From assembly GCA_030141605.1 (NCBI GenBank), contig JAQGDQ010000341.1:1-64000 (forward strand): a stretch of DNA of 64,000 nucleotides, written 5' to 3'. This DNA is from Tubiluchus corallicola. Taxonomy: Eukaryota; Animalia; Priapulida. The translations under genes and the position numbers were made by a program. This document shows positions 28,911-42,905 of this stretch, in pieces; the stretch's first letter is position 1; every line of letters starts with the position of its first letter. Below the pieces are notes generated by a model, which saw only the letters and a program-made list of their open reading frames with translations, made no database searches and had not been told where the DNA came from.

Positions 28911-29559
28911 TTTCAACAAAGATTCACGAGGAAGAGAAATTAATTCCCAGCTGTCTTAAAGGCAATAATGGTGAAACTTTCTTCAACAAGATTTTATTTC
29001 ATTTCAGTCTGCAAGTTCTTGCAAATCGAATTATTTGCAAATAGTTTAGATCCTGATATTTCCGAAACGCTATCAATATTCCAAGCATCAAAGTTACACG
29101 GAATAATGATAAAGCAACAAAGACTATCATTATTTTAGCTGTCAGTCCTTACTTATATCAACTATAAGTTGAGCTATCATGTCACGTTTGAAATTGAATA
29201 GCACACGTACACGGCGCCTGGAGTCCTAAATCAGATAACTTTTCTTTTCAAATTGCGTAAAACATTTATGAGCCTTATACGAAAGTGCAAAGAATGCCAC
29301 AGCTATACCAGCGGGTTTGGCCGACGGAAGTCAAAATCGCATGAACAAAAACATAGTTTGGCTATTCTTTAGAATTCATAATTATAATACAAATATTCTA
29401 ATAATGGGAATATACTGTAAATGTGTATGACACTGATAGTTTGACATATCAAGTTAATGTATGAGCTAATTTTAATTAAAAAGAACAGTTTGCTTATGCA
29501 CAATATTGCTAACTTGCTTAATGCAATTCATTAAGTAGACATTCATTATGTGAATATCC

Positions 29560-29690
29560 GCGTTGTATAGATGACAAAGTTACTGGTTATACACGATTTT
29601 TGCAAAGCTCTTGACAAAGGCTTGGCTAATTAAAATGAATGAGTTATTAGAGTTACGCCCATAACTGGTTGGACTTTTTAAAGCCGGAAA
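29560..29690 (+). mobile_element. Possible ancient LINE reverse-transcriptase remnant
   Basis: One frame reads DFCKALDK from 29595, resembling the DFSKAFDKV RT motif, amid stops and frameshifts. Confidence 0.3.
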
Positions 29691-30634
29691 GCTGCGCGCG
29701 ACTCAGGAACCGCCCTGTGAAGATTGCAGCTCCGGAATTCAGCTAGTGACTGTTCCTACTGGAAAATTTCTCTGACTCGTAACTGCAATTAATTAACAAA
29801 TCAATCTTTATAACGACTGGCGAGTTTATAAAATATCATTTATCGCTCTTATCAGCTATAAATTAAAATGAATGCGAGTTAGTTGAGTAAACGTATGTTA
29901 TTTTGAGCAATGTTCTAGTACTGTACCAGGAAATGGACTTTGCAGGAAATTTGCATGAAGTATTACACCAGTGCTGCGTGTAGGATATAGCATGAGATAC
30001 ACACTTCGTGCATTTGCTAGTTATTCTTTAATATCTGAACTAGCTATTACAATTACGCATACAAAATACTTCCTTCATTTGATGATAGGAATCTGTTTGT
30101 TATTAAACTAATACGAGAAGCCGCTACTATAATTAGATTTTTGGTACTCGTTACTGTAGTAGTAAATTTTGAACAATACTTAATTAAAAACGGTAATCAC
30201 TCGTTTAACGTGTAGGCCAACCACAACAAGGCATTCAAATGTCAAAATGTCAAAAGTTTATTTATTACATAAACAAGTGAAATCTACAGATCATAGTACA
30301 ACTTTAGACTTAGTACAACCACCAGCATAATTGCTGGGATTTGACTGCCATTATTATCAGAGCTGCGATATTCATTATCCTTTGTAATTTTTCAATGAAA
30401 ATCAGTTACTAGCTTACTAACTAACTTAGAATAAGCAAACTACAGCTGTACAAATGCTATACAGTATAGGTGTGTCCTTTCTTTAAAAAATTATTGTATC
30501 TTTATAGTTAATATCAAATCTCTAGATTCCATGACTGAATTAACAGCATTCGTGAAAGTTGCATAACACTACCGAAATATGCTAGAATGTTTGAGTTTTG
30601 GGGACCTAATGGTCGCAGGAAGAATAGATGAGCG

Positions 30635-30762
30635 ATCACGGCGAGAAGAGTTGAGTGGTCACAGCGAGAATCAAGAAGAGCTGAGTGGTCATGGCGAGTA
30701 TAGCTGAATTGTCATGACGAGAATAGCTGAGTAATCATAGCAAGAATAGCTGAGTGGTCGAG
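30635..30762. repeat. Degenerate ~23-bp tandem repeat (gagaatagctgagtggtcatggc-like)
   Basis: About 5 diverged units read directly. Confidence 0.7.
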
Positions 30763-32990
30763 AAAGATATGATATAGTGTCTGCTTAGCAGCAGAAATTA
30801 TTCCGAGGCTTGGAGACTGAAGTACTCATTCTGTGTAATTTCACTTGCCATACCGATTCTGGTTATTTACCTCGTTGACGGATGAGCTAAGCACCTCTGT
30901 CAGTTCAGTGTCTCATCTTAGAACATCCAGGTTAAGTAGCCAACCACACTAAGGGCTGGAATATGACTTGCAGTATGAAGTTATAAAAATTTACCCATTG
31001 GGGAGTTTACTGGCATAAAGACAGACAAATGTAATACTTTTTTGTCTGTATCTACAACAGATGGTCCACAACAGATTGCCCTGCAGTCACCATCTAAGCA
31101 CCAGCTACAAACAGTGCAGCTTGCCCTTAGAAATGTAGTCCTACTTCATGTTCTTTTAGTATCGCAAGAATGATACTGAGCCCCTCATTACTGTAGGAGT
31201 AATTAATGTTTCTTCCAAACAAATTAGAGTATGACTAATTTGTTCGCAGTAGATCATATATGCACGCTATAACTTTAATTGCTGGTATTTGACTTGAGTA
31301 CACATATTATCAAGAGGTTGAATATTATATGACATCATCATTATATAACTAAATATTTATTTTTCTTAGGTAGTAACAAGAGATTATGTATTGGTGGTTC
31401 AATTTTATGTATGCTGTGTAGTATGCTATGCTTATCATGTTTACCTGTAGTAAGCTAACGAATTTAGCAAGCCTACTAAATAACACAGTCAGCTGAGAAC
31501 ACGACCTTGGACAGCTCAAAGACCCTCGGCTAGTAAGAGAACCGGCTACTCAGAGTAAACAACACACTGAACGCACATCTGTACACGCACGTCCTCTCAT
31601 GTACGTTACAATCATAATTGACAGGCCCATACAGTGCAACAATAATTACTGAGTTACCAAAGGTCATTGTATAGAATGTGTCCATTACCTACTATGAAAA
31701 GGCACGTTAGAAGACAATTTCCATCAAATAGGAAAAACAAATTAAGGCAAATGCAATCATTTAAATCCATATAATTTTATCAATACATACATAAATGGAT
31801 ATTCGTTCACATATACAGATACCAAAAAACATAATGAAGTTTAAATTTAATCATAAAATTTCAGAGATTTTGCATACTTTTCAATTCTTTATTCGTAGTT
31901 ATTTTATTAATTTTTCCGTACTTGTATAGGATTTTTTATATAAAGCTTTTTGGACTGAGGAGTCAAAACCTACAGTGGCCAAAAGGTATCAGCCTTCCAA
32001 AAATTCCAATGATTACAACTAAATAATAATTATCAGTCTTATTATGTTAATTTTATATAAATTTCTCTCACAATACAGAATTGCACCAATTTTTCAATGA
32101 GCATTTAAAATCAAGAATATTTTCACCAGTTAGCATGGTTTTTATTACATGGTCTACCCTCATTATCATTTTTTATTTAATCCTGGAAGTCAGAGATGCA
32201 ATCATGCTAATGCAACAGTTACTTTAACCTATTAGACTTTATAACTGGTACAGTAGCATTCACGATTATTTATGTGGATAATTTGTAGAAATACTTTAAA
32301 GGAAAAGAGTAGGCCCTTGCTCAATTTGGAAGAAACTTTAAGTAAAAGCATCACTGCATCACAAAAATTAAAAAGGCTGGATTTGTGGCTATTTCTGAGT
32401 GAAACATCGTGTAAGGTGCAGAAGTTTGCATTAGTTTTAATGAAGTACTTAAAAAAAGGTTGGACACTTGGCCAGCTTACGTCGTACTTTTCAAACATGA
32501 CCTCATCGAGATTTGTTTGGCAAGAAGTAAGAACGATCATAATTTTGTTTTATTTATTGAACGAAACGCATGTCTATCATACTGTAATTTCAAGATTTTT
32601 AATTGAATATTATGTAAAATAAACTGGAGTTAACTTTGAAATCGTTTAACCTTAATGCCATTGTTTTTTCAAAAGACCAACAAATTGTTAATTAGTAATT
32701 TGGCAGTGACAAAGATGGGCAATTAAGGATCTTTGTTGTTTACAGCACAAGATAAGGCATAATTATTTTGATTAGGGTTAGGGATTTCAAATCTTACCTA
32801 GGAACTAAGTATTCTTTATCATATTTAAGTTATTCATGGGTATTTCAATTCTTGAGACTTGCGGAGAGCTCTTACAAATTAGTTCTGTTTTAATTAAGCT
32901 TATAAAATAAGGGAAAACAAGTAATGAAATGAAACAAATAATTATAAAAAAATAACATCAATGCTTTAAACTAAACATTTTTAAGCTTAC

Positions 32991-33094
32991 CCAAGTGTGG
33001 ACATGAATCCATTGACACTACCCTCAGCATAGAGGGATATAGTGTCAGCCATGTGCAAAAAAGTTGTCACTGTGTGTGCGACAGTGTCCGACAT
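32991..33094 (-). CDS. ITPR: IP3 receptor first coding exon 1A (MSDTVAHTVTTFLHMADTISLYAEGSVNGFMSTLG)
   Basis: Matches IP3R [31 protein letters not shown]. Start context gccatcATG; ends GG|GTAAGC in phase 2. A probable acceptor (tgtttagttttagttag) just upstream of 33123 implies an upstream non-coding exon. Confidence 0.95.
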
Positions 33095-36000
33095 GATGGC
33101 TGATTGATGTGTCACCAAATGATCTAACTAAAACTAAACACAATGAAGAGAATATGGAACACTTGGTGTACCGTGCAGTACAAGATCACGAAGCAGAATG
33201 AACTGCTATCGGATCATGCTCATATCCATCAGGGTATTGAGTGCACAAACACCTTCTATTTCAGCAGTCGATTACTTCTTAATCCACCTTCATTTCCAGC
33301 TGTTTCCAATGATGACATGCAAATAAATTCCTAAACCAAAGAATAAAATATACATGCTACATATAGTTTAACCTTGCTGAAAGGTATTGACTAGGCCACA
33401 AGCAATTTAAACAATACTAATACTACTATGTCAAACAGCAACAGACTGAGTAGAGTTAAAACATAAAAACCCTGATGAGTACAATATATGAGCATAAAAC
33501 AAAAAACACCATATACCGGTATATTATTTATAAATATAAGCACATCATGCAAACAAATCGCGTACTGCGTGAATTAATACATAATGATGGAGGTTGGTAA
33601 CTTAAAATATACACAAGTTTCTACACTCCAAATCTTGACCATAATGCGCTTAATATGGCTTATTTATGCAAGATAATTCAATCATCTGCCAAAAAACGAG
33701 AAAGATGCGTTGCGGTAAAACCACCACTTATAGTTATACGCAACCAATGTGCTTACGTGATTTACTTGACAAATACCCCAGACCTGGATATGAAAAGCAA
33801 GCTCACGAAATGTCATTACGATGCAAAACTCCTCTATACAAACTTTTGAAACCAAAACTTGAGCTACCACGAAACTGTGCACGCATGAAGCCCAAGAACT
33901 GCTATGTAAACATCGTTCATCCGCAGAACTAACCCGCGTCGTAAAAATAAGTCTTGAGCGTATTTAAGCAGAAGTTTCACAGTTTTAAGAATCGTGTTGT
34001 TTCTGGCATAATAATAAATTGTCATTACTTGATCTTTCTTCGGTCCTGAATGACTTATTATTTACTCATTTTGTTGAACAAAGTACGCCGAACCACCGAC
34101 TTTAGAAGTTCCAGACTTTGCTACTAGGTAGCAGCACATAACGACACTTGTTGCTTTTCAGTCAGAGTTTTACCCTCTCGCTTATAATTACCAACACCTA
34201 GACGTATTAACAGACCTAGAGGATAGGGTGCGTGCTGACTGCTGGGTATTAGGATGCTGTTCAGTGCAATATGACACAATTTAATTTAATAAAGTTTATT
34301 TGTTTTTTAACAAAGTGCGCTATATAATCAACGATTAATAAAATAGATAGAGACTGGATGACGAAAAGCCAAACTAAAATCATCTAAGCTATATTATCAA
34401 GATTTATGTTGGAGAGCCACGTTATTTTTATGTAATATATAAACGTCAGGCTGGATTGACTGCAGTATATATTGAAAGTTTTTACGTGTGCTTTCTATAT
34501 TATTAATATAAATATAATTACTATCGATACTATTATTATAGTATTTACATTATACACTTACTGTAAGTTTGAATTATTTTGTATTGTTTAAAATGCAAGT
34601 GTGATTATGTCTGTCAAAAAAAATAAAACTATGAGTTGCCAATGTTTTGCTAGTTATGTGTAAAGTAAGGAAATGAAAAAATTACTCAAGTTACACTACC
34701 AGAAATTGTTGAATGCATTGTAGTTAATTTTGTAGATATAATGAGCAGGCAGAAATTGTGTTTAGGACGGATGTACATGTAGATCAAAGGACTACCAGAT
34801 AGAATGACCAGTAAAAAGTATCAATACTTTACTTTGAGATAATTATAATTATTTGCAGATGTAAGAAAGAAATCTGAGGCACACACCAAAGTTTGTTTCC
34901 ATAAGAATGACACACCTGCATGAAGTTTTGATTGTAATGATGCGGCTACATTATTTCAGAATCTGTCACTGACGGACAGTAATTAAGAGTAAAATATGGG
35001 AGTAACATGTTTTACACCTTCCTTGCAACCACTGCATACGCTAAAACAAGCATCATAATTTTAAATTTATAGATTATTTGTTAATAACAAGATAGACAAA
35101 GGTGAAAAGTCCATTTGGTTTCTTTCTATTTAACAAATATAATTTTAGCATTTGCTATAGTATTGCAGTTTCAGAAAATTTTTTTACAAGTTAGCAATGT
35201 TATTTTATAATGTCTGTAATTACCATTGTTATCATGTTAATATTTTAAATGTTCTCACAATATAATAAAATGCATCACCAGTTAAATTTTATTATGTTAA
35301 TTCTGTTAAAATGGATGTATTGTTAGTGTCTTTTCTGCCCTTGTTCTAAATATTTGTAGTTTATTATTAAACGATGAGTCAACATGGAATACATATGATC
35401 TACCTATTGATCTATTAATCGGCAACTTGTCTAAGCTTCCCGATGCTTCCAACTCTCTACTCGTGTCGTATGTCAAAAAGTAGTAAATTGAAGGAAACTG
35501 TTTGCAATAATTTTTTATCATTGACTCTTACTTGTCTTATTTGTCGTTTCATCTTATTGCCTTCTTATATTTTTCGGTTTGCTTTTTTCATTTATTGTCT
35601 TTGTTATTTTTGTCTTCTTGCATCATCAGTAGTAATTTTTGCTATAGTATTGCAAAAGTTAGAATGCTGAGAAACCTTTTAAAGTTTCTGATAACTTAAC
35701 TTGGTACAAGTTCAAGCGAACACTACAGCATTTCGTATCACTGATCGACACAAAACGGCATATATCACTTAAGCATAGTTGTCCCTGAAGTAGTTCATGC
35801 ATCTGTCCTAGATGAACTGCACACTAGAAATTTTTATGGTGAAAAAGTGCAAAAAGATATGTGATAGCTGGCTGAAAGGTGACTATGAGTTTGAAATGTA
35901 TGCTAATCTATGTTGTCAAACACTCCATGGCAGAAAATACAGTTGAAGACCAGTTGAGAAACTGTCCTTACTTGTTGAGGCATTTTCAAAATAGCTAGGA

Positions 36001-36869
36001 CTGATTAACCAAAATAGTACTGCAGATGAAGTTATTGAATTGTATGCTGTCCATTGTAGTTTTAGATACAGTGGGCCTCAGTTTTGCTGATTGAAGCTTG
36101 GCCTAATCTAATTTTTTGGATATAGTAATGAGGTGGGAATCTGACATAGGAAACCACAAGTGCCCATACTAGCAGTGATGTAAAAACTAATTTATTTTCA
36201 TTCTTAATGTTTTGATGATAACATGTTCTTTATTGTCCACAATCTGCAAAATCTGAAGACAATTTTTTTTAGAAATTAAACGGATAAGAAAGTTATTTGG
36301 ATAAGTTAGCAGTGATTTTCAAGTGTTCACTGCTCTACCATCATAGTTTCAAATAGTTTCACAACCGAGATTTCGTGCAGATTTAAAATTATCTGAGATC
36401 CACTTCAAGTTAAGTTTGATAAAAGTTTTGCTATAGCTACAGTATAACAATTAACAGAAAAAAATAAATAAAATCAATGCTAGGATGTATGCTTTCTACC
36501 CTGCTAAATAAATTAGATAGTATTAGTACATAGCTTAATAATTTTTCTGATTTCACAGTTTTAAAATTATGGCATGGAAACTACAATTCAGAAAACGGGT
36601 ACCCTGCACAAGCAATAAGCTCGTGAAATGTTTTTAAAGAGACGTTGTTGTTTGACTCTCTGAGCTATTGAGATAATATTATCACATTCAAGACAGTCCA
36701 TTATTTGATAAATCATCTTACTAGGAAACACACATCCACTTTTTTAAAATCTGAACTTGGCAACAATAAACAACTGTAGTTAAAAGCTTCATTTATGTAA
36801 CAAAAATGTAAATAATGAACTTCTACCATTAAGAAATGTTGACTTACAAAGTGATTAGTATAATCCTTG

Positions 36870-38465
36870 CTACAAACTCTTATGAGTTCTTAGATAATGC
36901 TTTTTTAAATTAGAGGAATCAATGCAGGACATTTCGCACTTGTCACACTTGAATGGCCGTTCGCCAGTGTGGCTCCTCCTATGCACTTTTAAAGAAGACA
37001 AACAAGTGAAAGTAGCATTACAACCAATATCACACTTATAAGGCTTTTCGCCGGTATGAACCCTCATGTGGCGCTTCAAACTGGCCGAATAACTGAAGCT
37101 CATCTCACACATACTGCACAAAAATGGCTTCTCACCAGTGTGGCTTCTTAAGTGGTAACGCAAAATCGATGAGCCGATAAAAGACATCTCACACATATTA
37201 CATTTAAATGGTTTGTCCCCTGTGTGAATTTTTAAGTGCCGATTTAAACCAGAAGATGTGGTAAAAACTGCACCGCAGGTGCTGCAAGTGTATGGTCTAA
37301 TACCTTTATGAATTCTCAGATGACATTTTAAATCAGATGAACTAGCAAAAGCCATGCAACATTCATCACATTTATAAGGTTTCTCACCTGTGTGAGATCT
37401 CATGTGCATTTTCATATGAGATGATTGTTTAAATGACGCAGCACACTCAATACACATAAACGGTTTCTCACCTGAATGAGTTCTCAAATGCTTTTGTAAC
37501 CCAGATGAGCGAGTAAAGGATAATTCACACTGACCACATTGGAATGGTTTTTTGTTGCTGTGAACTTGAAGATGACGTTTCAGGTCTGATGGTTTTTTGA
37601 ATCTCAACTCACATATATCACATTTATGTGGTTTGAAAAACGGTTTTACTGCAGAGAGCGAACCACATTCAGAGATTAGTCGCACACACTTATTCTGTTT
37701 AAGGAATCCATTGTTTGAAGACTGTGTTACTCTTGGACAAAAGAGTGTTGTATCTTCTGATGTCATAGTTGGTTCACTTTTATCAGTTTCAGACTCTAAC
37801 ACTATAGAGTTTTTCTTGCTGTTGAAATCTGACCCCACTACATTTTGACAACTATATACATTACATTCTAATACCACATTTGGCTCATTTGACACATCAG
37901 ATGTCCTCAACACCATTCGTTTATTCTGACTATATAACTTGCCAGCAGATGAGGAAATTTCTTTTACGTCATGACAGCAATCTTTCTTAGTTTTTTGTGA
38001 TGTACTTGCCTCACTTTTATTTATTTTGGACTTTATGTGTTTGTCAAAGTGCCCGTTCTCACACAAAGCTCCATTATATTCAGTTTTTTTAAAGCAGTCC
38101 ATTTCATCTTTCAACAGTGCATTTGGTTCTCTTGAATCTGCATCTAGTTTTATCGGTTTAGATCCACTCGGATCACATGTTCCAATAAATGTCCAAGTTT
38201 GTTCTTCATCTTGATAACTGTTCATTTTGTTTACTGACATTGCATTCAACGTGCTTGTGCCAGCTTCATGATTTATAAATTTGGTTAGATCTTGAGTAAA
38301 TGTGCATTCACTGAATACTAGAGGTTGTTTTACGTCTTTACAATACTCTAATTTCTCACCTGGTGTTATATTTGGCTCAGTTTTAATGGTAGTGGTACTT
38401 ATTATTTCATTTGTTATTGATTCATTGTTTGTATGAATGTGAATGTTCTTTTTGAATTCTTCCAT
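36870..38465 (-). CDS. C2H2 (Kruppel-type) zinc-finger protein, 531 aa, 9 C-terminal fingers, single coding exon
   Basis: Nine CxxC...HxxxH units, most joined by TGEKP-type linkers. Probable 5'UTR intron from the donor at 39701 (CGG|GTAAGT) to the acceptor at 38667. Confidence 0.93.
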   Translation of the reverse strand: MEEFKKNIHIHTNNESITNEIISTTTIKTEPNITPGEKLEYCKDVKQPLVFSECTFTQDLTKFINHEAGTSTLNAMSVNKMNSYQDEEQTWTFIGTCDPSGSKPIKLDADSREPNALLKDEMDCFKKTEYNGALCENGHFDKHIKSKINKSEASTSQKTKKDCCHDVKEISSSAGKLYSQNKRMVLRTSDVSNEPNVVLECNVYSCQNVVGSDFNSKKNSIVLESETDKSEPTMTSEDTTLFCPRVTQSSNNGFLKQNKCVRLISECGSLSAVKPFFKPHKCDICELRFKKPSDLKRHLQVHSNKKPFQCGQCELSFTRSSGLQKHLRTHSGEKPFMCIECAASFKQSSHMKMHMRSHTGEKPYKCDECCMAFASSSDLKCHLRIHKGIRPYTCSTCGAVFTTSSGLNRHLKIHTGDKPFKCNMCEMSFIGSSILRYHLRSHTGEKPFLCSMCEMSFSYSASLKRHMRVHTGEKPYKCDIGCNATFTCLSSLKVHRRSHTGERPFKCDKCEMSCIDSSNLKKHYLRTHKSL

Positions 38466-38976
38466 TTTTCAGTTTGCAAATAAAGTCAGATAATACGCAA
38501 CCTTGGTAGTCATTTTTGTGCAATAAGCCGAGCTTCTTCAAATGCCATATCTGTTCACATTTTAAAAACATATTAGACTTCTAAATGTTGGCGTCTGTGG
38601 ATTATTATCAGTCAGATTGCTCCCTTGTCACGTTTTAATTTCACACTAATCAGCGTGATTACGAAACTAAAACAAAATAAAAATAATGCATCATTATTGT
38701 CATCAGAATAGAAAAAAGTCAATAAATGAATCAAGACTTCAACTGTGAAATTCTAAAATATTTCTGTTCCACAGTCATTGCCTTTACGTTTGTACACAGA
38801 TGCACAGCCAAAAAATAGATGGGTGTGGATGTGCAGCGATAGCTGGACCTAAAGAAAAGTATACTTCCTATGATGTCTGGGGACAAAAGATCAAAATTGT
38901 TATTTAACTATGGATGTCATATCATGTCAATTAAAAATCGAGTGAAATGAGACTGTATATAGAGACTGAAATGAGA

Positions 38977-38988
38977 CACACGCACGCG

Positions 38989-39026
<38 letters not shown>
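38977..39026. repeat. (CA)n microsatellite
   Basis: Direct reading. Confidence 0.9.
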
Positions 39027-39029
<3 letters not shown>

Positions 39030-40297
39030 TCATTATTTTACATAATTATGAAATTTAGCATGAAAATTATTGTATTTCACAATCAACTATCTTTTGGCAA
39101 TTATTTTTTAATTGCTTTTACAGTTAAAAAGAAAAACCGATGAAAAACTTAATCTAAAGTTTCTGTTGCCACGTCTTTGCCTACCTACAGAAAACTAGTA
39201 TAGTAAATTAATAAACTTTAGTGTACTATGAGTATTATATAATATATAAGTTAGACTTTTTTACTTCAGGGCTTCATTTAATATTTAACTTAAAAAATCA
39301 CTAAATAGATTTAAACGTAATAGTTTTTCTTTATTATATGTAATACAGTATGACACTTTGCAAGCCAGGATGATACAAAATTCAAAGGCAAGGCCTAGAA
39401 CGCCCTATGACTGTTGTAATATCCTTGCTCCGTATTTGAAGAATCACACTCCACGGGCGGAATGAAACATACGACCATTAATGGGTGCTTAAACCACAAC
39501 TTTTTTTATTCATCATACAGGGAAGGATTAGATAACAACTGGTGGTGCCATCTACTGACAGCTGTATAAAAGAATGAGCAATATCATTATAATATAATTA
39601 TGTTATCACTGTTGATGCGTGTGTATGGGAAAGATGGAACTTAGCTCATCATCTACGATAATCATCTAAAATGAGACGCTGATATAGCCGACAGGACTTA
39701 CCCGGATGTACAATACATCAAACTGCCAATAAGAAGTATTTCACATATAGACCAAGTTCAGCATTACTTAGCCCACGCCGTACCTTCTCAGCTTTACTCT
39801 CGGTTACCCCTGATTTTCCTGGCAGTTTTACTCAAATTACTTCCATACCCAGAACTCCTACCAGGCTTCTGGTACAATTGATGAACTAGTATGGACTAAG
39901 CATAATATCAGGTGGCACAAAAAACATGACAAATCAGTCATTACGATATTATAAGAAAAAAGTGAAATAAATTGAAAATCACCACATTGATGTTAGTTAG
40001 ACACGATTATGAAGAAACATAAAAAATGTTAAGTCATTTCCTTAGTCTCTTAAGTTCTTACAAAGAAACAGAGATTTTAAATCAACAAGTGAAAAAATGA
40101 GTACCGGAAAATATTTCGTTACTATTGTTAAAAGTTACTGATAAGGTTTGTCACTTCTTCAAGGGGCATTTGCCTCAACAATTTGCCTTTAGTTCCTCTG
40201 CATAAAACAGTTCTATTCAGCTGTGATATACTCTCTTTATGAGAAATTCTAGAAACCGTACTCCAGAAGATTAAGTCCACTTCTTGATGACAACCCT

Positions 40298-40396
40298 TTA
40301 TCAGTGCTTTATCTTTTGTGATAAAGACCATTATCAGTGCTTTATCTTTTGTGATAAAGGCCATTATCAGTGCTTTATCTTTTGTGATAAAGACCA
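40298..40396. repeat. 33-bp tandem repeat x3 (ttatcagtgctttatcttttgtgataaagacca)
   Basis: Three near-identical units with one substitution. Confidence 0.93.
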
Positions 40397-40757
40397 CAAT
40401 TTATTGTGATGAAGACCATGATTTGAAGTGATTGATTTTTCTTTTTTGGCAATAATTTGAAAACTGCTAAAGTTATGACTTTCACATGCAAAAGCCAATG
40501 AAGTGGTAGTAGAAACAAACTTTGAAATTTCCGCTGTAGAGCACGTTTATGTAATCACTTCAGCTATAAATATTAAAATTAATTTATAGCGAAATACAGC
40601 CATTGTTTCTAGTTAAACTAACAAAGAAACTCAATAATTTAATTTAATAGCTTAGCAATTTTCTATTAAGTATTATAAATGCAAGTGTTGCAAGAGCCAA
40701 ATACATCAAATCAGTCAACTGAGTGACTCTAGCAAGTGCCAAGTAACAACCATCAGG

Positions 40758-40906
40758 CATCATCATCATCATACGCCCGTCGCGTCTAAGTCGTCTATTG
40801 TAGACATTGGGCAGACAGAATTCTAAAATGAAAGAAATCTGCCTTCAAACAGGTAAACGCAGCAGTAATCCAGCAAAAAAAACTAGACACTGCTACGCCA
40901 GTGGCT
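40758..40906 (-). mobile_element. Copy of the dispersed (TGA)n-tailed retroelement 3' end
   Basis: Similar to the reverse complement of 16930-17076. Confidence 0.6.
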
Positions 40907-42619
40907 TGTCAGCACCACTTCCGTTGAAGGCTGGATAGCAACTGGGAGCTTTTTTATGGTAATACGGAAATCTTTTAAGTTGACAAAATAAAAAGTCCCA
41001 CGATTTCTTATTTAGTTTCTCACGTCCCTCTCCACTTATAGGGGTAAACAATGAAATCTACATATTATAAGGACGGTTCAGCGTTGTGGGGCATTTATTC
41101 TTTAAAGTCTGTTTCTTAAACTTCATTTATAATATTTCCCTTGTAACACAATTAAGCTCTGGGGTTATTGTGACGTGTTTTGTTGTCGTGATTGCTTAGG
41201 ATGCAATTTTTTATGGCTCGTGATGTCGGGTGTTAGGGAATAAACCATTATCATGCTCCAAACATGAGAATACGTGTGATCAAAGAGCATAAAACATTTT
41301 AGTGTTCTAACATCATGATCTTATCTAAGACTGTTGCACACAAGAACTGCATAGGAGCAGGGCAAGATTGTGACCTGCTCCGGGCGCCTAGATTAATGTA
41401 ATTATAGCCGGACCCCTCAGATGGAGCCACCCTCTAATTTGCTCGCACTCGTCTCGAATATTTTTACTGTGATTTATTCTAGCAACATTTGCATAGCTGG
41501 GGGGCATATTTCAAATAAAGGGCTTCAAAGAGGTGCCCTTGTTTCAAATAAAGGACCTCAAACAAGTGCCCTTTGTCCAAAAATAAAACGCCTCAGCAGT
41601 AGGGGTGAGCATTCTCTACTAGAAAGCGAATTCAAATCGAACCGAATTTGTGACTTTCGAATTCGAATCGAACCGAACTTCAGTGTTTCGATTTCGAACA
41701 GAATTCGAATTGAGATTGAATGATTTTCGAACTAGTTTTCGAACCACCAGTAAAAATTAGTCTTACAAAGATCATGCATATCACTAGATTTTGTTTTGGA
41801 TAGAGACTTCTCTATCTTTTGTAATGTTCCCTTTATTGTTTTCCAGAAATTTTAATTAGCATTTTTGTTGCGTTTGTCTTATATTACCAATTTAATTTTG
41901 ATTTTTATCACTTTTTCTGTTCAGATTTCCTTTGATTCTTCATGTATTCATTATCAACATGGGTTTGGATTGTGTTTTTCATTGCAGTGTTCCTCCATCA
42001 GAAGTTTAACAGAACACATATAGAAAGCAATATTGCATAGTTTCTAGATATAGGTTATATTTTTAATGATATAAATATTGAAATACATGGTGCGACTATT
42101 ATATATATATTCCTTGAAAATATGTGATTAAAAATGTTAGCACATTTTTTACTTTCATGGGCCATGGTTTGTAAAAAAAGCTTATGTAATGTCAAACATG
42201 TTTTAAGCTTTAACAAATGCAAAACATTTGCTGAACCTAATTAGACTTAATATTGTTTAACTAAGATAGATACTGTTATCCTCCAGCTGTTCTTCCATTC
42301 TTGAAAAGGAAAAGAACTAAGCCGCAGAAGGAATTACAAGTTAATGCATAATTGTCATGCAAAGATACCAAAACTGGCTTCAGAAAATGATACAGCTTTT
42401 GAAGTAAAATATTTATGAACTAAGCTAACATGGATTCCACGAATTCATAGCACTGCCATTGAATATTTTTGACAAATAATAAATTTAACTTTTTTTACTT
42501 TTTCTAGTTATATAAATTTCAATAGCTGACTTTATATAATATCATCATTTGTGCATGTGCTTTAGACTCCATCCCATTTCCAGCTGCTGACGCTCAAAAC
42601 GAAGTCTAATACTTTCATA

Positions 42620-42905
42620 CACATACCAAATGGACGTCCACTGCATTCAAATACACGTACTGAATGGATGTAAATCAGGTCCATCAAATTAGATCGCCAA
42701 TTTGGCGAATGGACGCTCGAAGTTACGTCTATCAAGTCCAAGATTACATATGTCCCTCAGTTTAGTAAACGAGTGCTCAACTTACATCTACTGCGTCCAA
42801 AATTATGTCCAACAAGTCCATTGAAATAGTAGACTGAGTCTATCACGTCCATCGGAACGTGTCCATCAGTTTAGTGAATGGACGCTCTAAACTGCGTCCA
42901 TCGCG
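42620..42905. repeat. Degenerate repeat region (gaatggacgctc / gtccatca motifs)
   Basis: The motifs recur several times. Probably a decayed satellite or transposon interior. Confidence 0.5.

Noticed and set aside
30994-31035. Possible third ITPR first exon (minus strand ...VCLYASKLPNG|gt, phase 2)
   Set aside because: It lacks the GD and G(F/Y)xSTLG motifs, has the wrong spacing and a weak donor; probably chance.
32272-32622. 116-aa plus-strand ORF within ITPR intron 1
   Set aside because: No recognisable domain or splice support; at most a decayed retroelement fragment.
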